From a virus (lineage: Duplodnaviria > Caudoviricetes): a stretch of 37,170 nt of DNA. The first letter of the stretch is position 1. The number at the start of each line of letters is the position of its first letter. The DNA is taken from positions 1 through 37,170 of the IMG/VR virus record IMGVR_UViG_3300043443_000429. One strand, given 5' to 3'. Shown piece by piece: positions 9,371 through 18,945 of the stretch. The notes under the pieces are model-generated. The model ran no database searches. It saw only the letters and a list, made by a program, of their open reading frames with translations, and was not told where the DNA came from. The translations under genes and the position numbers were made by a program.

Positions 9371-10783
9371 TTAATTTGTAAATTCTAATACAGTTAATGC
9401 TCCAATTACTTTAGTAATAATAGTACTATCCTGTACCCCTGATGTTTCACTAGCTAGTGTATTAATTGAAATACCAATACCATATTCTTTATTTTGAGAG
9501 GCTGTTATATTTAATGTATTATCACCTTGAATTGTAACATAATATAATCCTCCAGCATATGGATCACTGGCAAAAGCTCCTTTTAAAATAATACCTTGTG
9601 ATAATCTTGCAATACTAGTATAGGTACCACCAGAATACTCTAATAAGTGTAATGTTAAATTTAAAGTTTTATTAGTAGTATATGTACTACCTGTTAAATC
9701 TAATCCAAAAATATTAAAATATCTAAAGTTATATGCACCATCTCGAGTTGCCACAGCTCTACTATTTGTAATAGTAATACCACTATTAGTATTATTAGAA
9801 CTATTTAAAAGCAATGGAGCAACACTATAACCATTACCTGTAGTAGTATAAGTAGGTAATGTATATGTGGTATAGTTAGTAGCTAATCTAGCATAATGAG
9901 GAGATACATTAATAGTAGCAGTTAATGAATCACTACTCCCAGATTGTGCTACAGTAATAGAAGCTTTATAAGCACCAGTATTTGTAGCTGAAACAGTTGT
10001 TACAGAATAATCTGTTTGATTTGGTATTGCATCAATTGCGTCTTCTACATTTGCAATAACATCATCTAAAGCTCCTTTTACAGATGTTTGAGTGGTACCA
10101 ATACCTAATCCATTAGCAGCTAATGTAATTGTAGAAGCACTACATGCTGAAGTACCAGTGATTAGTCCAATGATTGATTTATCTTTATCTTCAGAGAGTT
10201 TTAATAATTCAAGAATAGTTACTTGCTGAGAATCAGTTAATGAAGATTGACAATTTAAAACACTTTTTACTTGAGCACCAGTATATTTTAAAGTAGTAAC
10301 ATCCACTGAAGCAGCATCTAACTGTGCTTGTAAGTTATCAAATTTATCACAAAGTTGAGATAAGATATCAGAGATAAAAGAAGTAAGAGAGATTGTAGTT
10401 TTACAGTTTGGAGCTGTAACCTCATCAAAACAATAATAGTATTCAGAAGCTTGATTCTTAAACAATAATTCTAGATCAACAATAATATCATTCGCCTTTG
10501 GGGTAAATGTTTTCAATGAATATAATTCACATACTTTGTTTACAATCTTATCAAGCATTAGATTCAATCTAGTTCTTTCTTCAGTGGTAAATTGAAGACA
10601 TGTAGTATCCTTCACTTTACCAAATTCCAATCCTTTTTGAGCAATGCTATCAGCTAATGCTGATGCTAGATTAGTAAGTACAATATCTAAATCCTCATCA
10701 CAAAATACATTAAATGCAGGGATAGATGGTCCTGTATATTTAATACAAGATGTAGTAGAAATCTGTGTACAATTATTTTTCAT
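9371..10783 (-). CDS. Tail fibre-like protein with Cys-containing N-terminal anchor and coiled-coil stalk
   Basis: 470 aa; CTQISTTSCIKYTGP motif shared with the 8499 protein; helical middle and beta-rich C-terminal head. Confidence 0.55.
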   Translation of the reverse strand: MKNNCTQISTTSCIKYTGPSIPAFNVFCDEDLDIVLTNLASALADSIAQKGLEFGKVKDTTCLQFTTEERTRLNLMLDKIVNKVCELYSLKTFTPKANDIIVDLELLFKNQASEYYYCFDEVTAPNCKTTISLTSFISDILSQLCDKFDNLQAQLDAASVDVTTLKYTGAQVKSVLNCQSSLTDSQQVTILELLKLSEDKDKSIIGLITGTSACSASTITLAANGLGIGTTQTSVKGALDDVIANVEDAIDAIPNQTDYSVTTVSATNTGAYKASITVAQSGSSDSLTATINVSPHYARLATNYTTYTLPTYTTTGNGYSVAPLLLNSSNNTNSGITITNSRAVATRDGAYNFRYFNIFGLDLTGSTYTTNKTLNLTLHLLEYSGGTYTSIARLSQGIILKGAFASDPYAGGLYYVTIQGDNTLNITASQNKEYGIGISINTLASETSGVQDSTIITKVIGALTVLEFTN

Positions 10784-10979
10784 TGGTTAATTCGTTAATC
10801 CGATTTAATATCACTTCTTCTGATTGATCAAGCATACAGCTTTTACATTTCATCATCTCTCTATATGTATCTAAAATGAAAACCTTATTTTTATTAAATG
10901 GCTTTTTCTTCATACCAAATACAATGGTGTGAAGATAGTCATTCATAATTTTAGCAATAACTGTATCAATAGTTTTCAT
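10773..10979 (-). CDS. Small structural protein (possible tail hub B-like)
   Basis: 68 aa, overlaps both neighbouring genes, has a CKSC motif; the assignment is positional. Confidence 0.45.
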   Translation of the reverse strand: MKTIDTVIAKIMNDYLHTIVFGMKKKPFNKNKVFILDTYREMMKCKSCMLDQSEEVILNRINELTNEK

Positions 10980-11062
10980 CTACAATATATACATTTTTGG
11001 TTTTTAACCTGGCAGCTCTCAACTGATTTTTTACAGTTAGGGCATTTAACCTTCTTACACAT
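10976..11062 (-). CDS. 28-aa Cys-rich microprotein MCKKVKCPNCKKSVESCQVKNQKCIYCR
   Basis: Not in the ORF track. Fills the gap exactly, with a TAATG overlap at its start and an ATGA overlap at its stop. Confidence 0.7.
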   Translation of the reverse strand: MCKKVKCPNCKKSVESCQVKNQKCIYCR

Positions 11063-11601
11063 TAGCAAGGATCTAAGAACTTACTAATAATTTTCTTTGC
11101 TTTATTGTAATGTTTATTGCTCATATCTAAGTTATGGTATTGATCATTAATATTAGCTTCAGCTGCTTTAATATGAAAATCTGCTAACATCAACTGTTCA
11201 ATATCCTCTGATATATCATTTTTAAAATTATCACATGTATTAATATCAATAGATAACAATGCATTATAATAATCACATCTCAATGCTGTAGTGCGATAAA
11301 AATAGTATTCCTTGTACATCTCAACGTGAGGTTGAATACTATATTTAATTGCCCAGAATCCATCAGGTAATACAACTAATGTTTGTTCATTAGATGCTCT
11401 TGTCATACCCAAAGTATTACTATTCACACTATGAAATCTACCAGGAGATACATCCATTGAATAAGGAGTACCAAACCCAGGTGCTTGAATTACAAGATAA
11501 GGTTCACAAATATTAATATCAGGGTTGTATATTGATACATCCGTGACACCAATAATCTTAGGATTGGTATTATCAATTTTTAATTCAAGTTTACTTTTCA
11601 T
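11062..11601 (-). CDS. Putative tail hub protein (crAss001 gp38-like)
   Basis: 179 aa; VTDVSIY, NSNTLG and LPDGFWAIKYSIQP motifs, an Ig-like N-terminal part followed by helices; synteny. Confidence 0.5.
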   Translation of the reverse strand: MKSKLELKIDNTNPKIIGVTDVSIYNPDINICEPYLVIQAPGFGTPYSMDVSPGRFHSVNSNTLGMTRASNEQTLVVLPDGFWAIKYSIQPHVEMYKEYYFYRTTALRCDYYNALLSIDINTCDNFKNDISEDIEQLMLADFHIKAAEANINDQYHNLDMSNKHYNKAKKIISKFLDPC

Positions 11602-12152
11602 AGTATTTTAAACTTCCGTAAGATGATATACAGAATTATTAGTAAAAATAAGAATACAAAACTCCCTACAATAATCCACTTCTTCCAAGATTGTTCTATT
11701 CTAGTTTCTTTAATAGCTTGTTTTGCTTCTATCTTCTCTACCTTTACATTCTCTGCACTTCTTACTTTAACCGTATCATATACTGTTTTTGTAATAATTC
11801 TAATTGAATCAATGATCTTCTTAGCTTCTACCTTTTTTTCTTTAAGATCATACTTCCTATTTATTCTAGTTAGTTTCCTTTCATTTCTACCTTTAATTCT
11901 TTCTAACTTAGGTTGTTCAGTTTTAGGTTTGATAACAAGTGTACCATCAATAACCATCTCTCCACATGAATCAACTTGAATTAACCCTTCTCTGATAGCT
12001 TCAATAACTTCATTGACAATCTGCTCACTATCTAATGTAGCAGGTAAATTATTATTTACCTGTGCACTATCCTGCTTAGGTGCAGGAGGTTGAACTACTT
12101 GTTTTGATTTACAAGAAAATGCAAACAATAGAATTAAAAATAAATATTTCAT
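11598..12152 (-). CDS. Lipoprotein with a C-terminal transmembrane helix; candidate unimolecular spanin
   Basis: Signal peptide II MKYLFLILLFAFS-C(KSK) and C-terminal TM WIIVGSFVFLFLLIILYIIL-RKFK. Confidence 0.65.
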   Translation of the reverse strand: MKYLFLILLFAFSCKSKQVVQPPAPKQDSAQVNNNLPATLDSEQIVNEVIEAIREGLIQVDSCGEMVIDGTLVIKPKTEQPKLERIKGRNERKLTRINRKYDLKEKKVEAKKIIDSIRIITKTVYDTVKVRSAENVKVEKIEAKQAIKETRIEQSWKKWIIVGSFVFLFLLIILYIILRKFKIL

Positions 12153-12763
12153 TATGCTAAAAAGTAAGTCACAGTAAACTCATATTCTCCAGCTCCAGTA
12201 ATTTCACCAGCTGCAATTTCTAGTTGTCTATAAAATGAAATATTTGGAGTAATATCATAGGTATCAGGATTAACACTATAAATATCATCTTGCATATTTA
12301 CATATGTCCATCCAAAAAGATATGGATTACTACTTTGAATAGTTCCAATATCTATTGTATCTAAGGTAGTTATAATATTATCCTCATTTTTTTCTACAAT
12401 TTGAATTGTATCATTAGGTTGAAGATTACTAGAAGCTGTTAATTCAATAGAAATACCAACAACTCTATTACTATTAAATACTACATCAGGCATTGATAGA
12501 TACATATCACTAACTGGATCACCTGGTGAATTTAATCCTGTTATATTATTACCTACTGTTATTGTAGTAAATGTATTTGAAAAAGATAACCCTGAGAAAA
12601 TAACATCATTTACAGAATTATAAATATCATCTTGAGTATAAAACTTATCATATTTATTAACAAACCATTTGAAATCTCTAACCATCTGAAGATCAGGGAT
12701 AGGATATTTATTCAGATGCTTAAGCATCTTTAATACATGTTTAGTTAAAGTATTGGTTGACAT
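12152..12763 (-). CDS. Hypothetical virion protein
   Basis: 203 aa with an acidic beta-rich C-terminal domain; TAATG overlap with the next gene. Confidence 0.55.
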   Translation of the reverse strand: MSTNTLTKHVLKMLKHLNKYPIPDLQMVRDFKWFVNKYDKFYTQDDIYNSVNDVIFSGLSFSNTFTTITVGNNITGLNSPGDPVSDMYLSMPDVVFNSNRVVGISIELTASSNLQPNDTIQIVEKNEDNIITTLDTIDIGTIQSSNPYLFGWTYVNMQDDIYSVNPDTYDITPNISFYRQLEIAAGEITGAGEYEFTVTYFLA

Positions 12764-12767
12764 AATT

Positions 12768-12775
12768 CAAATGTA
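12768..12775 (-). promoter_or_regulatory. -7 box TACATTTG, 4 nt before ATG
   Basis: Exact TAnnTTTG in an intergenic gap. Confidence 0.6.
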
Positions 12776-12842
12776 ATAAAAAGTATTAACTATTTAGGAA
12801 TAAATGAAATAACTCTAGTCCATCAGTGATTGTTGAAATAGC

Positions 12843-12986
12843 TTATTGTGGCCATACCTTTTTAAAGTTCTCACTATTCTGTAATTTCTCCCAAATCTCA
12901 GCTTCAGGATATTGAACTGAGGTAATAGCTTCTTCTAATGTTTCATAGTATGAAGCTGTTTCATTTTGTGTTAATAAGTAGTTCAT
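12843..12986 (-). CDS. 47-aa protein MNYLLTQNETASYYETLEEAITSVQYPEAEIWEKLQNSENFKKVWPQ (possible fibre-associated/chaperone)
   Basis: Not in the ORF track. Starts 2 nt after the fibre stop codon; codon usage is typical for the window. Confidence 0.6.
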   Translation of the reverse strand: MNYLLTQNETASYYETLEEAITSVQYPEAEIWEKLQNSENFKKVWPQ

Positions 12987-12988
12987 AG

Positions 12989-14701
12989 TTATGGAATTAA
13001 TAATGCCTTCATATATCTAAATGCAACTGTTGTAGATGTACCTGATTGTACATAACATAAGAATGAGAACACATAATTCCCACTTGATGCAGTAGCAGTA
13101 ACACTTGTAGAATTGTGTACTTGATATGAACTATTACCAGTATTACTAGGTCCATAATGTACTCTAACGGTATTAGCAGCTTCTTTCATAAAATTCAATT
13201 CTCCTACCATAGATGTACCTGCAGCAGCTACATATCTAGCAGTACTACTATTTATTTGCACACCTAAATAACTTTGTCCAGTTCCTGCTGTTCTGTCCAT
13301 TGCAAATATAATTTTAACAATACCGCCTAATGGCCAATCAGCATCAGCAACAGTTAAAGCAAATGTACTTAATGCATTACTAGTAGTTGAAGATGTAACA
13401 GATTCTGCAGTGTAGTTAGTATATATTACACGAGGGAGTGCATTAATTTGTGTTTGGATTGCTGAAGTTACACCTTTAATATAAGCCAATTCTGTAAGAG
13501 AAGGATATGTAGATGTAGATAAAGATGTAATAGTACTGCCAGTTGAGTTGAATGCAGCAATCTCATTATTAGTTCCAGTACCAGTAACGGGATTAGTAAG
13601 TGTGGCTTGTTTACCATCTAATTGAGTTTGTATTGCAGAAGTAACACCATCTAAGTAACTAAACTCAGTGTTGCTTACATTAGCATCAATATCTGTTGCA
13701 CTTACTGCTCTAGCTTTCCATTGGCTATCAGCTGAATCAAAAAAGATACCATCTTTATTATTAGGTGATTGAGCTTGTACATCATGTAGCTCATCTAACT
13801 CATAACCATTTTGTACTTTTACATACATTCTTCCTGCATTACCATTACTAGCAGTGGTAACAAAACCTAGATATACTAAGTGATTTGGTGCATGTGGTTT
13901 AGTTTTTGTAATACTTCCGTCTGTCGCACCTAAATAAACAGGATCTCCATCAGCCCAAGTAGATGTAGGTAATATGCCAAGATTATCCAATAACCCTTGC
14001 ATCATTATTAATCCCTTTTGGTTAGATGCAATAGAGTCAGATAACACTAAACCTATTGTTTGTGCAGATGTAGAATCTCCTGTATTCTTTGCTCTCTTAA
14101 CAGTAAGTCTATCTCCTTGACCACCAAAAGCATACACAACCATTCCTTTAGTTAGTGTAACACTATCAGCATTAGTTACATAAGCTAATAGAGTATTTGG
14201 TGCTGTACCAATTACTTGAAATGAATCAGTAGTAGAATTATAGATACAAAGCATTTCTCCACCATCTATAATATCTCCACCTATTAATACACCATCATTA
14301 TTTCGATATAAGGTTTTAGCACCTAATGAATTAATATTCAATGTAGAACTAGTGGTATTACCATTCGTAAATCTAATTAAATATGCATCTCCATCATTAT
14401 ATGCAGCAACTCCTGAAATTGTTACAGTATAGGTATCTGTTCCAGAAGCTGTACCATGAGGAATACCTCCTCCAGTACTACCAGGAGATTTAAGTACTAG
14501 ATCCTCATCTGTTAAACCATCTTTCCACCAGTATTCAACAACACTACCATCTTCAATAACACCTACAGTTAATCCTTTAAATCTAGTACTAGGTTCATTT
14601 AAAGCTTCCTCTAAACTGTTGAAGGGTCCATACGATGCGTGTAAGGACCCTTCTCCAAGATAGGTAATGGGGTGTTTAAGTTTATATTTTCCACCTAGCA
14701 T
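12989..14701 (-). CDS. Fibre / receptor-binding protein (mosaic)
   Basis: 570 aa; N-terminal YGPF...RFKGLTVGV..VEYWW anchor, an F..GNT..STLNIN.LG.K module, a capsid-cement-like domain and two GVTSAIQTQ repeats. Confidence 0.7.
   Translation of the reverse strand: MLGGKYKLKHPITYLGEGSLHASYGPFNSLEEALNEPSTRFKGLTVGVIEDGSVVEYWWKDGLTDEDLVLKSPGSTGGGIPHGTASGTDTYTVTISGVAAYNDGDAYLIRFTNGNTTSSTLNINSLGAKTLYRNNDGVLIGGDIIDGGEMLCIYNSTTDSFQVIGTAPNTLLAYVTNADSVTLTKGMVVYAFGGQGDRLTVKRAKNTGDSTSAQTIGLVLSDSIASNQKGLIMMQGLLDNLGILPTSTWADGDPVYLGATDGSITKTKPHAPNHLVYLGFVTTASNGNAGRMYVKVQNGYELDELHDVQAQSPNNKDGIFFDSADSQWKARAVSATDIDANVSNTEFSYLDGVTSAIQTQLDGKQATLTNPVTGTGTNNEIAAFNSTGSTITSLSTSTYPSLTELAYIKGVTSAIQTQINALPRVIYTNYTAESVTSSTTSNALSTFALTVADADWPLGGIVKIIFAMDRTAGTGQSYLGVQINSSTARYVAAAGTSMVGELNFMKEAANTVRVHYGPSNTGNSSYQVHNSTSVTATASSGNYVFSFLCYVQSGTSTTVAFRYMKALLIP
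13446..13669 (-). repeat. Two internal repeats TEFSYLDGVTSAIQTQ / TELAYIKGVTSAIQTQ
   Basis: Copies at about 13621-13669 and 13446-13495, conserved in protein and diverged at synonymous sites. Confidence 0.8.
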
Positions 14702-14883
14702 TACTCTTCAATTATTTCTTCAGAGAGTGTTGGACTTTCCTCAGTTACTGAATCAGTGATTTGATCATTAATCTGAGATTGAATTTTAGTAATTAAAGCT
14801 GAAGAAACTTTAAATGGAAGTTCTGCAAGTGCTGCCCCGAGTACTTGAACTTCTTGTTCTGTTAATGTAAGTGTATAGTTCAT
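14701..14883 (-). CDS. Small fibre-associated coiled-coil protein (putative chaperone)
   Basis: 60 aa; LTLTEQEVQVLGAALAELPFKVSSALITKIQSQ, a motif common after phage fibre genes. Confidence 0.55.
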   Translation of the reverse strand: MNYTLTLTEQEVQVLGAALAELPFKVSSALITKIQSQINDQITDSVTEESPTLSEEIIEE

Positions 14884-14895
14884 ACTGTAAAGATA

Positions 14896-17370
14896 TTAAG
14901 AAAGTGTTATAGTTTTTGTAACACCATTAATTCTAATTTTTAATCCCGTATTAGTATTACTCTCAAGCCAAATTTCTCCATCAACTGGACTAGTTGGAGC
15001 ACTTCCAACATGTAATTTCATTGCTGCTTGTAATGTAGTTGATGCACCAATTGTTACTTTAGCAGATGGAACTTCTCCACTACCTAAAGATATACCAACA
15101 GCTACTTGACCACCTAATGAAGTAGTACCATCAGTAGAGTAATCTCCAGATAAAATATCAAGAGCTCTAACAGGATTACCTGAAACAGTTCCATCTAATA
15201 ATTTAGTTGATGCATTATAAAAATTAGGATAAACAATACCTGGGTTATTGTTTGCTGTAGTAGAAGGATTATATGTAAATAGCAACCATCTTTGTCTAAA
15301 ATCATATACATTACCTGATAATGTACTATAATGAGGATATGCTTTAGTAACGGTATTTAATGTAATATTTCTACCAAAAGAATATATTCCTGTTCCTGAA
15401 TTAAAAGTAGAAGCTTTTCCACTATAAGTTCTAACTCTCCAATTTAAAGATCTTGATTGAGTTCCTACAATTGGAGTTGATGGACTTGTTGCCCATCCTG
15501 TAGAACTAGAGCTTGTACTAGATGGACCAGTAGCAGTTCCACTATCAGGTAAACTCACATTATTTGTACTATTAATAGTTAAATAACTAGTAATATCTCC
15601 TGGAGAAGATGTTGGATTAGAATATGTATTAGCTGATACACCAAAACTTAAAGTTTGATTTGCATAAGCTCCCAATACAAAAGAACCTGTAGATAATGAT
15701 GTAGGAAAATCAACTGTATCATATCCTAAAGTAGTTGCATCATAAGCAACAGTTTTATCGCCAACTAATACCCTATATACTGAGTTGTGTCCAGGATTAG
15801 CTAATGTAAAAAATGTAGCTCCTTGTTTTACAATTCTAGTTCCAGAATTATCTTGGCTAGTATTACTACTCAATCCTGTAGAATATAATCTAGCTAACTC
15901 CCATGTACTATTTGTATATCCTGTTCCAGATCCACCAGAAGAAGCTTTCCAAATACTATTAGTTAGAAAATATCTAAACATATTCATAGTACTATCAGGA
16001 TTACCAATTCCAACATTATCTTGACTACTTGATTTTTGAGGAAGTGTAAAGGTGTGTTGATTAACAGTATATGTAAAAGAATTTCCTGAACTATAATCAG
16101 CAGTTGGTAAATTAGTAATATTTGTAGTAGAACTGTGATTAACAATAGTAGTTCCAGTGTTGCTGCTAGTATTAGCAGCATCTAATGGTAAATTAGATGT
16201 TTTTAAAGTAGTAGTGCCACTACTAGAAGGGATAGCTATTGTATTAGTAGAAAAGAATTGAGATAATGTACCATTTGTAAATAATGATAAAAATGTATTA
16301 GCAATACTTGTTGTACCATTACCTAATGCAAAATATTCTACAGCACTACTTGGATTATCTGAAATAAATTGTACTTTACCTGAATCAGTAGTAGTTTTAA
16401 TATTAAATGTTCTAGTACCTTTAATTCTACTAGCAGAATCTGAAGTATCAATACTATCACTACCTAATTTAAATGTAGCACTTGCTACACCAGTATTGGT
16501 AATACTAACACCCTCTGTAGTACTAATAATATTTTGAATAGTATCTTGTAAACGTTCAGTAATAGTACCATCTTCATCTACAGTAGGAATTGCATTAATT
16601 GTAGCACTACTAGATTTAAATAGTTGTAATGTATTACCACTTGTATCTGAATATAATAATCCATTATTAGTATCACCACTAGCACTTAAATCTAATCCAG
16701 TACCTCCTTTATCAGTGTTTAAGATAGCACTTAATCCAGCAGCTGTTCCTGTAGTATTTGCATCATTATTAGGAATATCTGCAGAAACAAGTGTTCTAAA
16801 TATTGGAGTTGCAGCACTACCTGAAGATGGACCAGCAAAAATTGTATTTGCTGTTTTTGTTTTAAATGTATTAGTTAATGTACCACTACTTGTTACAGCA
16901 GTAGCATCATCATTAAATAGTTCAGAAGGTAAAGTTAAATCTACACTTGTTACTGTACCACTACCTGAAATTGTAGCCCAAGATGCTGATGATCCATCTG
17001 TTGTTAAATATTTACCATTATTACCAGATTGATCTGGTAATGCATCTCCACCAACTTGTAATTCATTCCAACCACTTGAAGCAGGATATCCACTATCTCC
17101 AACTAATTTAAAGGTGTTGACAGCAGTATCATCATCAGAGTTATAATATAAAATTTTACCAGCTAGATTATCTCCACTAGTAGTTTCAAGAACTCTAACT
17201 AACATTCCTTTTCTTCTACGTGAAGCAGGAATAGCATCAAGAGCTGCTTTATTTTGTACTGCTCTATATCCACCTGCCCCTAATTCATCATAGTGAGAAG
17301 GATAATCTGAAGTTGAAGATTTTACTCCAATTCCAGCAGATAGACCAATTGATTTTGAAGGGTATGGCAT
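14896..17370 (-). CDS. Long S/T-rich tail fibre protein
   Basis: 824 aa; GGYRAV...LDAIPASRRRKGMLVRV anchor, LPDQSGNNGKYLTTDG, GTVTSVDL, FAGPSSGSAATPIFRTLV and C-terminal APTSPVDGEIW fibre motifs. Confidence 0.75.
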   Translation of the reverse strand: MPYPSKSIGLSAGIGVKSSTSDYPSHYDELGAGGYRAVQNKAALDAIPASRRRKGMLVRVLETTSGDNLAGKILYYNSDDDTAVNTFKLVGDSGYPASSGWNELQVGGDALPDQSGNNGKYLTTDGSSASWATISGSGTVTSVDLTLPSELFNDDATAVTSSGTLTNTFKTKTANTIFAGPSSGSAATPIFRTLVSADIPNNDANTTGTAAGLSAILNTDKGGTGLDLSASGDTNNGLLYSDTSGNTLQLFKSSSATINAIPTVDEDGTITERLQDTIQNIISTTEGVSITNTGVASATFKLGSDSIDTSDSASRIKGTRTFNIKTTTDSGKVQFISDNPSSAVEYFALGNGTTSIANTFLSLFTNGTLSQFFSTNTIAIPSSSGTTTLKTSNLPLDAANTSSNTGTTIVNHSSTTNITNLPTADYSSGNSFTYTVNQHTFTLPQKSSSQDNVGIGNPDSTMNMFRYFLTNSIWKASSGGSGTGYTNSTWELARLYSTGLSSNTSQDNSGTRIVKQGATFFTLANPGHNSVYRVLVGDKTVAYDATTLGYDTVDFPTSLSTGSFVLGAYANQTLSFGVSANTYSNPTSSPGDITSYLTINSTNNVSLPDSGTATGPSSTSSSSTGWATSPSTPIVGTQSRSLNWRVRTYSGKASTFNSGTGIYSFGRNITLNTVTKAYPHYSTLSGNVYDFRQRWLLFTYNPSTTANNNPGIVYPNFYNASTKLLDGTVSGNPVRALDILSGDYSTDGTTSLGGQVAVGISLGSGEVPSAKVTIGASTTLQAAMKLHVGSAPTSPVDGEIWLESNTNTGLKIRINGVTKTITLS

Positions 17371-17371
17371 A

Positions 17372-18814
17372 TTATGATAAGGTTATATTGATACTAGCAT
17401 CAAACTTATTTGTTGATCTATATAGAGAATATGTAATATTAGTTCCTCCACTAGAAGCATCAAATTGCTTAACACTACTTAATGAAGTAGGAGTTTCCAT
17501 AACATATGGAAAACCAGATGCATTATTATCAGCAATTGAACTAAATGTTGTAGGAGCAGCTACAAAGAAATACGGATTAGCATTAGTATCATTACTTACA
17601 TGTAAGAAATCAATAGAATTAATGGTAGTAGTACCACTTGTATGAGTGGGTCCAGTACTAGTAGTTCCTGATCCACTTGTAACCATGTATACCTTACTAG
17701 AATTAGTAACCAAATCTCCAACTGCTAAAGATGTACTACTGGTCCAAGTTTTTTTAGTTGGATAACTAAGAGAAATAGTTGCTGTTTTAGAGGTTGTAAA
17801 TAATGCTTTCTTATATACACCATTTGCACTACATGCATTGATATTAGCATTATTTAGATCAGTGGCAGTAATAGATGTATTATAAGTGTAACCATATAAA
17901 TAATTAGTTCCCCATCTAACATTAGCTGTTGCACTAAATGATTGATCATTTTTATTTAAACCTACAATAGTATAAGATTTACTAGCAAATGTACTATTAG
18001 TAACAGATGGACTAGCACCAGATGTAATTGCTGGACCACTAAGAGGAGAACCATAAGCTTGAGCACTCAACACTGTTGTAGCACCATCTTTAATATCAAA
18101 TGTAGAGGATGTTTTTACATTTGTTGAATTTGTAATTGATGCAAAATAGAATTTAACAGTTGGTAAACTTTCTCCAAAATACAAAGAAGGTTGATTAGTA
18201 ACAGATGATACAGTACTACCATTTGTAACAATTGCAAATCCATTAAATATTGGGGAATCTAAATCTTGAATAGTAAAAATATTATTAGCTGCATCATAAC
18301 TAACTGAGATATTACCACCACCTTGAATAATTAATTTTCCAAAATTAGTTGAACCAGTAGTATAAATATCATCTGTTGCTGTAGAAGCATTATCACCTAC
18401 AATTAAAGAAGGAGTGTAGGTTGTTGATACTGCATCTTGTAATTGAAATGCTTTATTTACAAAACTCCATCCTAATACTTTACTTCCATAATCATCAGTT
18501 GTAGTAGTAATAATATCAGATGGTAATGATACATTACCTATATCTTTGATACTATATGCATCAGCAAAGGTTTTATTTTTAAATTGTCCACTTTCATATA
18601 CTAACAATTGGTTAGCACTAACAGATGTCAAACTAACATCAGATAAAGCATTAATACTACATGATGCCAATGAAGCACATGAGAATGCAGAAGTGGAAGA
18701 AGAAGAATTAATACTATCAACAATCTCTTTTACAAGAGCGTTTAATGATACACCATATTTGGGATCACAAGTAATTAAGTCTTTCCTTAAATAAATATCA
18801 CCATAACAAGACAT
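17372..18814 (-). CDS. Virion fibre/decoration protein with a CBM5/12-like insert
   Basis: 480 aa; SINALSDV..ANQLLVY fibre repeat and W...LAVGDLV...KVYMV...GPTHTSG module. Confidence 0.6.
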   Translation of the reverse strand: MSCYGDIYLRKDLITCDPKYGVSLNALVKEIVDSINSSSSTSAFSCASLASCSINALSDVSLTSVSANQLLVYESGQFKNKTFADAYSIKDIGNVSLPSDIITTTTDDYGSKVLGWSFVNKAFQLQDAVSTTYTPSLIVGDNASTATDDIYTTGSTNFGKLIIQGGGNISVSYDAANNIFTIQDLDSPIFNGFAIVTNGSTVSSVTNQPSLYFGESLPTVKFYFASITNSTNVKTSSTFDIKDGATTVLSAQAYGSPLSGPAITSGASPSVTNSTFASKSYTIVGLNKNDQSFSATANVRWGTNYLYGYTYNTSITATDLNNANINACSANGVYKKALFTTSKTATISLSYPTKKTWTSSTSLAVGDLVTNSSKVYMVTSGSGTTSTGPTHTSGTTTINSIDFLHVSNDTNANPYFFVAAPTTFSSIADNNASGFPYVMETPTSLSSVKQFDASSGGTNITYSLYRSTNKFDASINITLS

Positions 18815-18894
18815 AGTTGTAAAGATATTAATAAGAGATCTAACAAATAGACATTTGACAGTAAAAAGTATTATTTAGAGATACAGTTTATAGC

Positions 18895-18927
18895 AAAATA
18901 AAAAAGGGAGCCGAAGCTCCCTCTTTT
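18895..18927 (-). terminator. Rho-independent terminator with a C(UUCG)G tetraloop
   Basis: Minus strand reads AGGGAGC-TTCG-GCTCCCT followed by a T-run, after the auxiliary capsid gene. Confidence 0.9.
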
Positions 18928-18945
18928 ATTTTAAATCAGATTAAA

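Noticed and set aside
12989-18814. Diversity-generating retroelement or invertible fibre cassette
   Set aside because: No reverse transcriptase, recombinase, adenine-variant template repeat or inverted cassette seen; the GVTSAIQTQ repeats differ at synonymous sites
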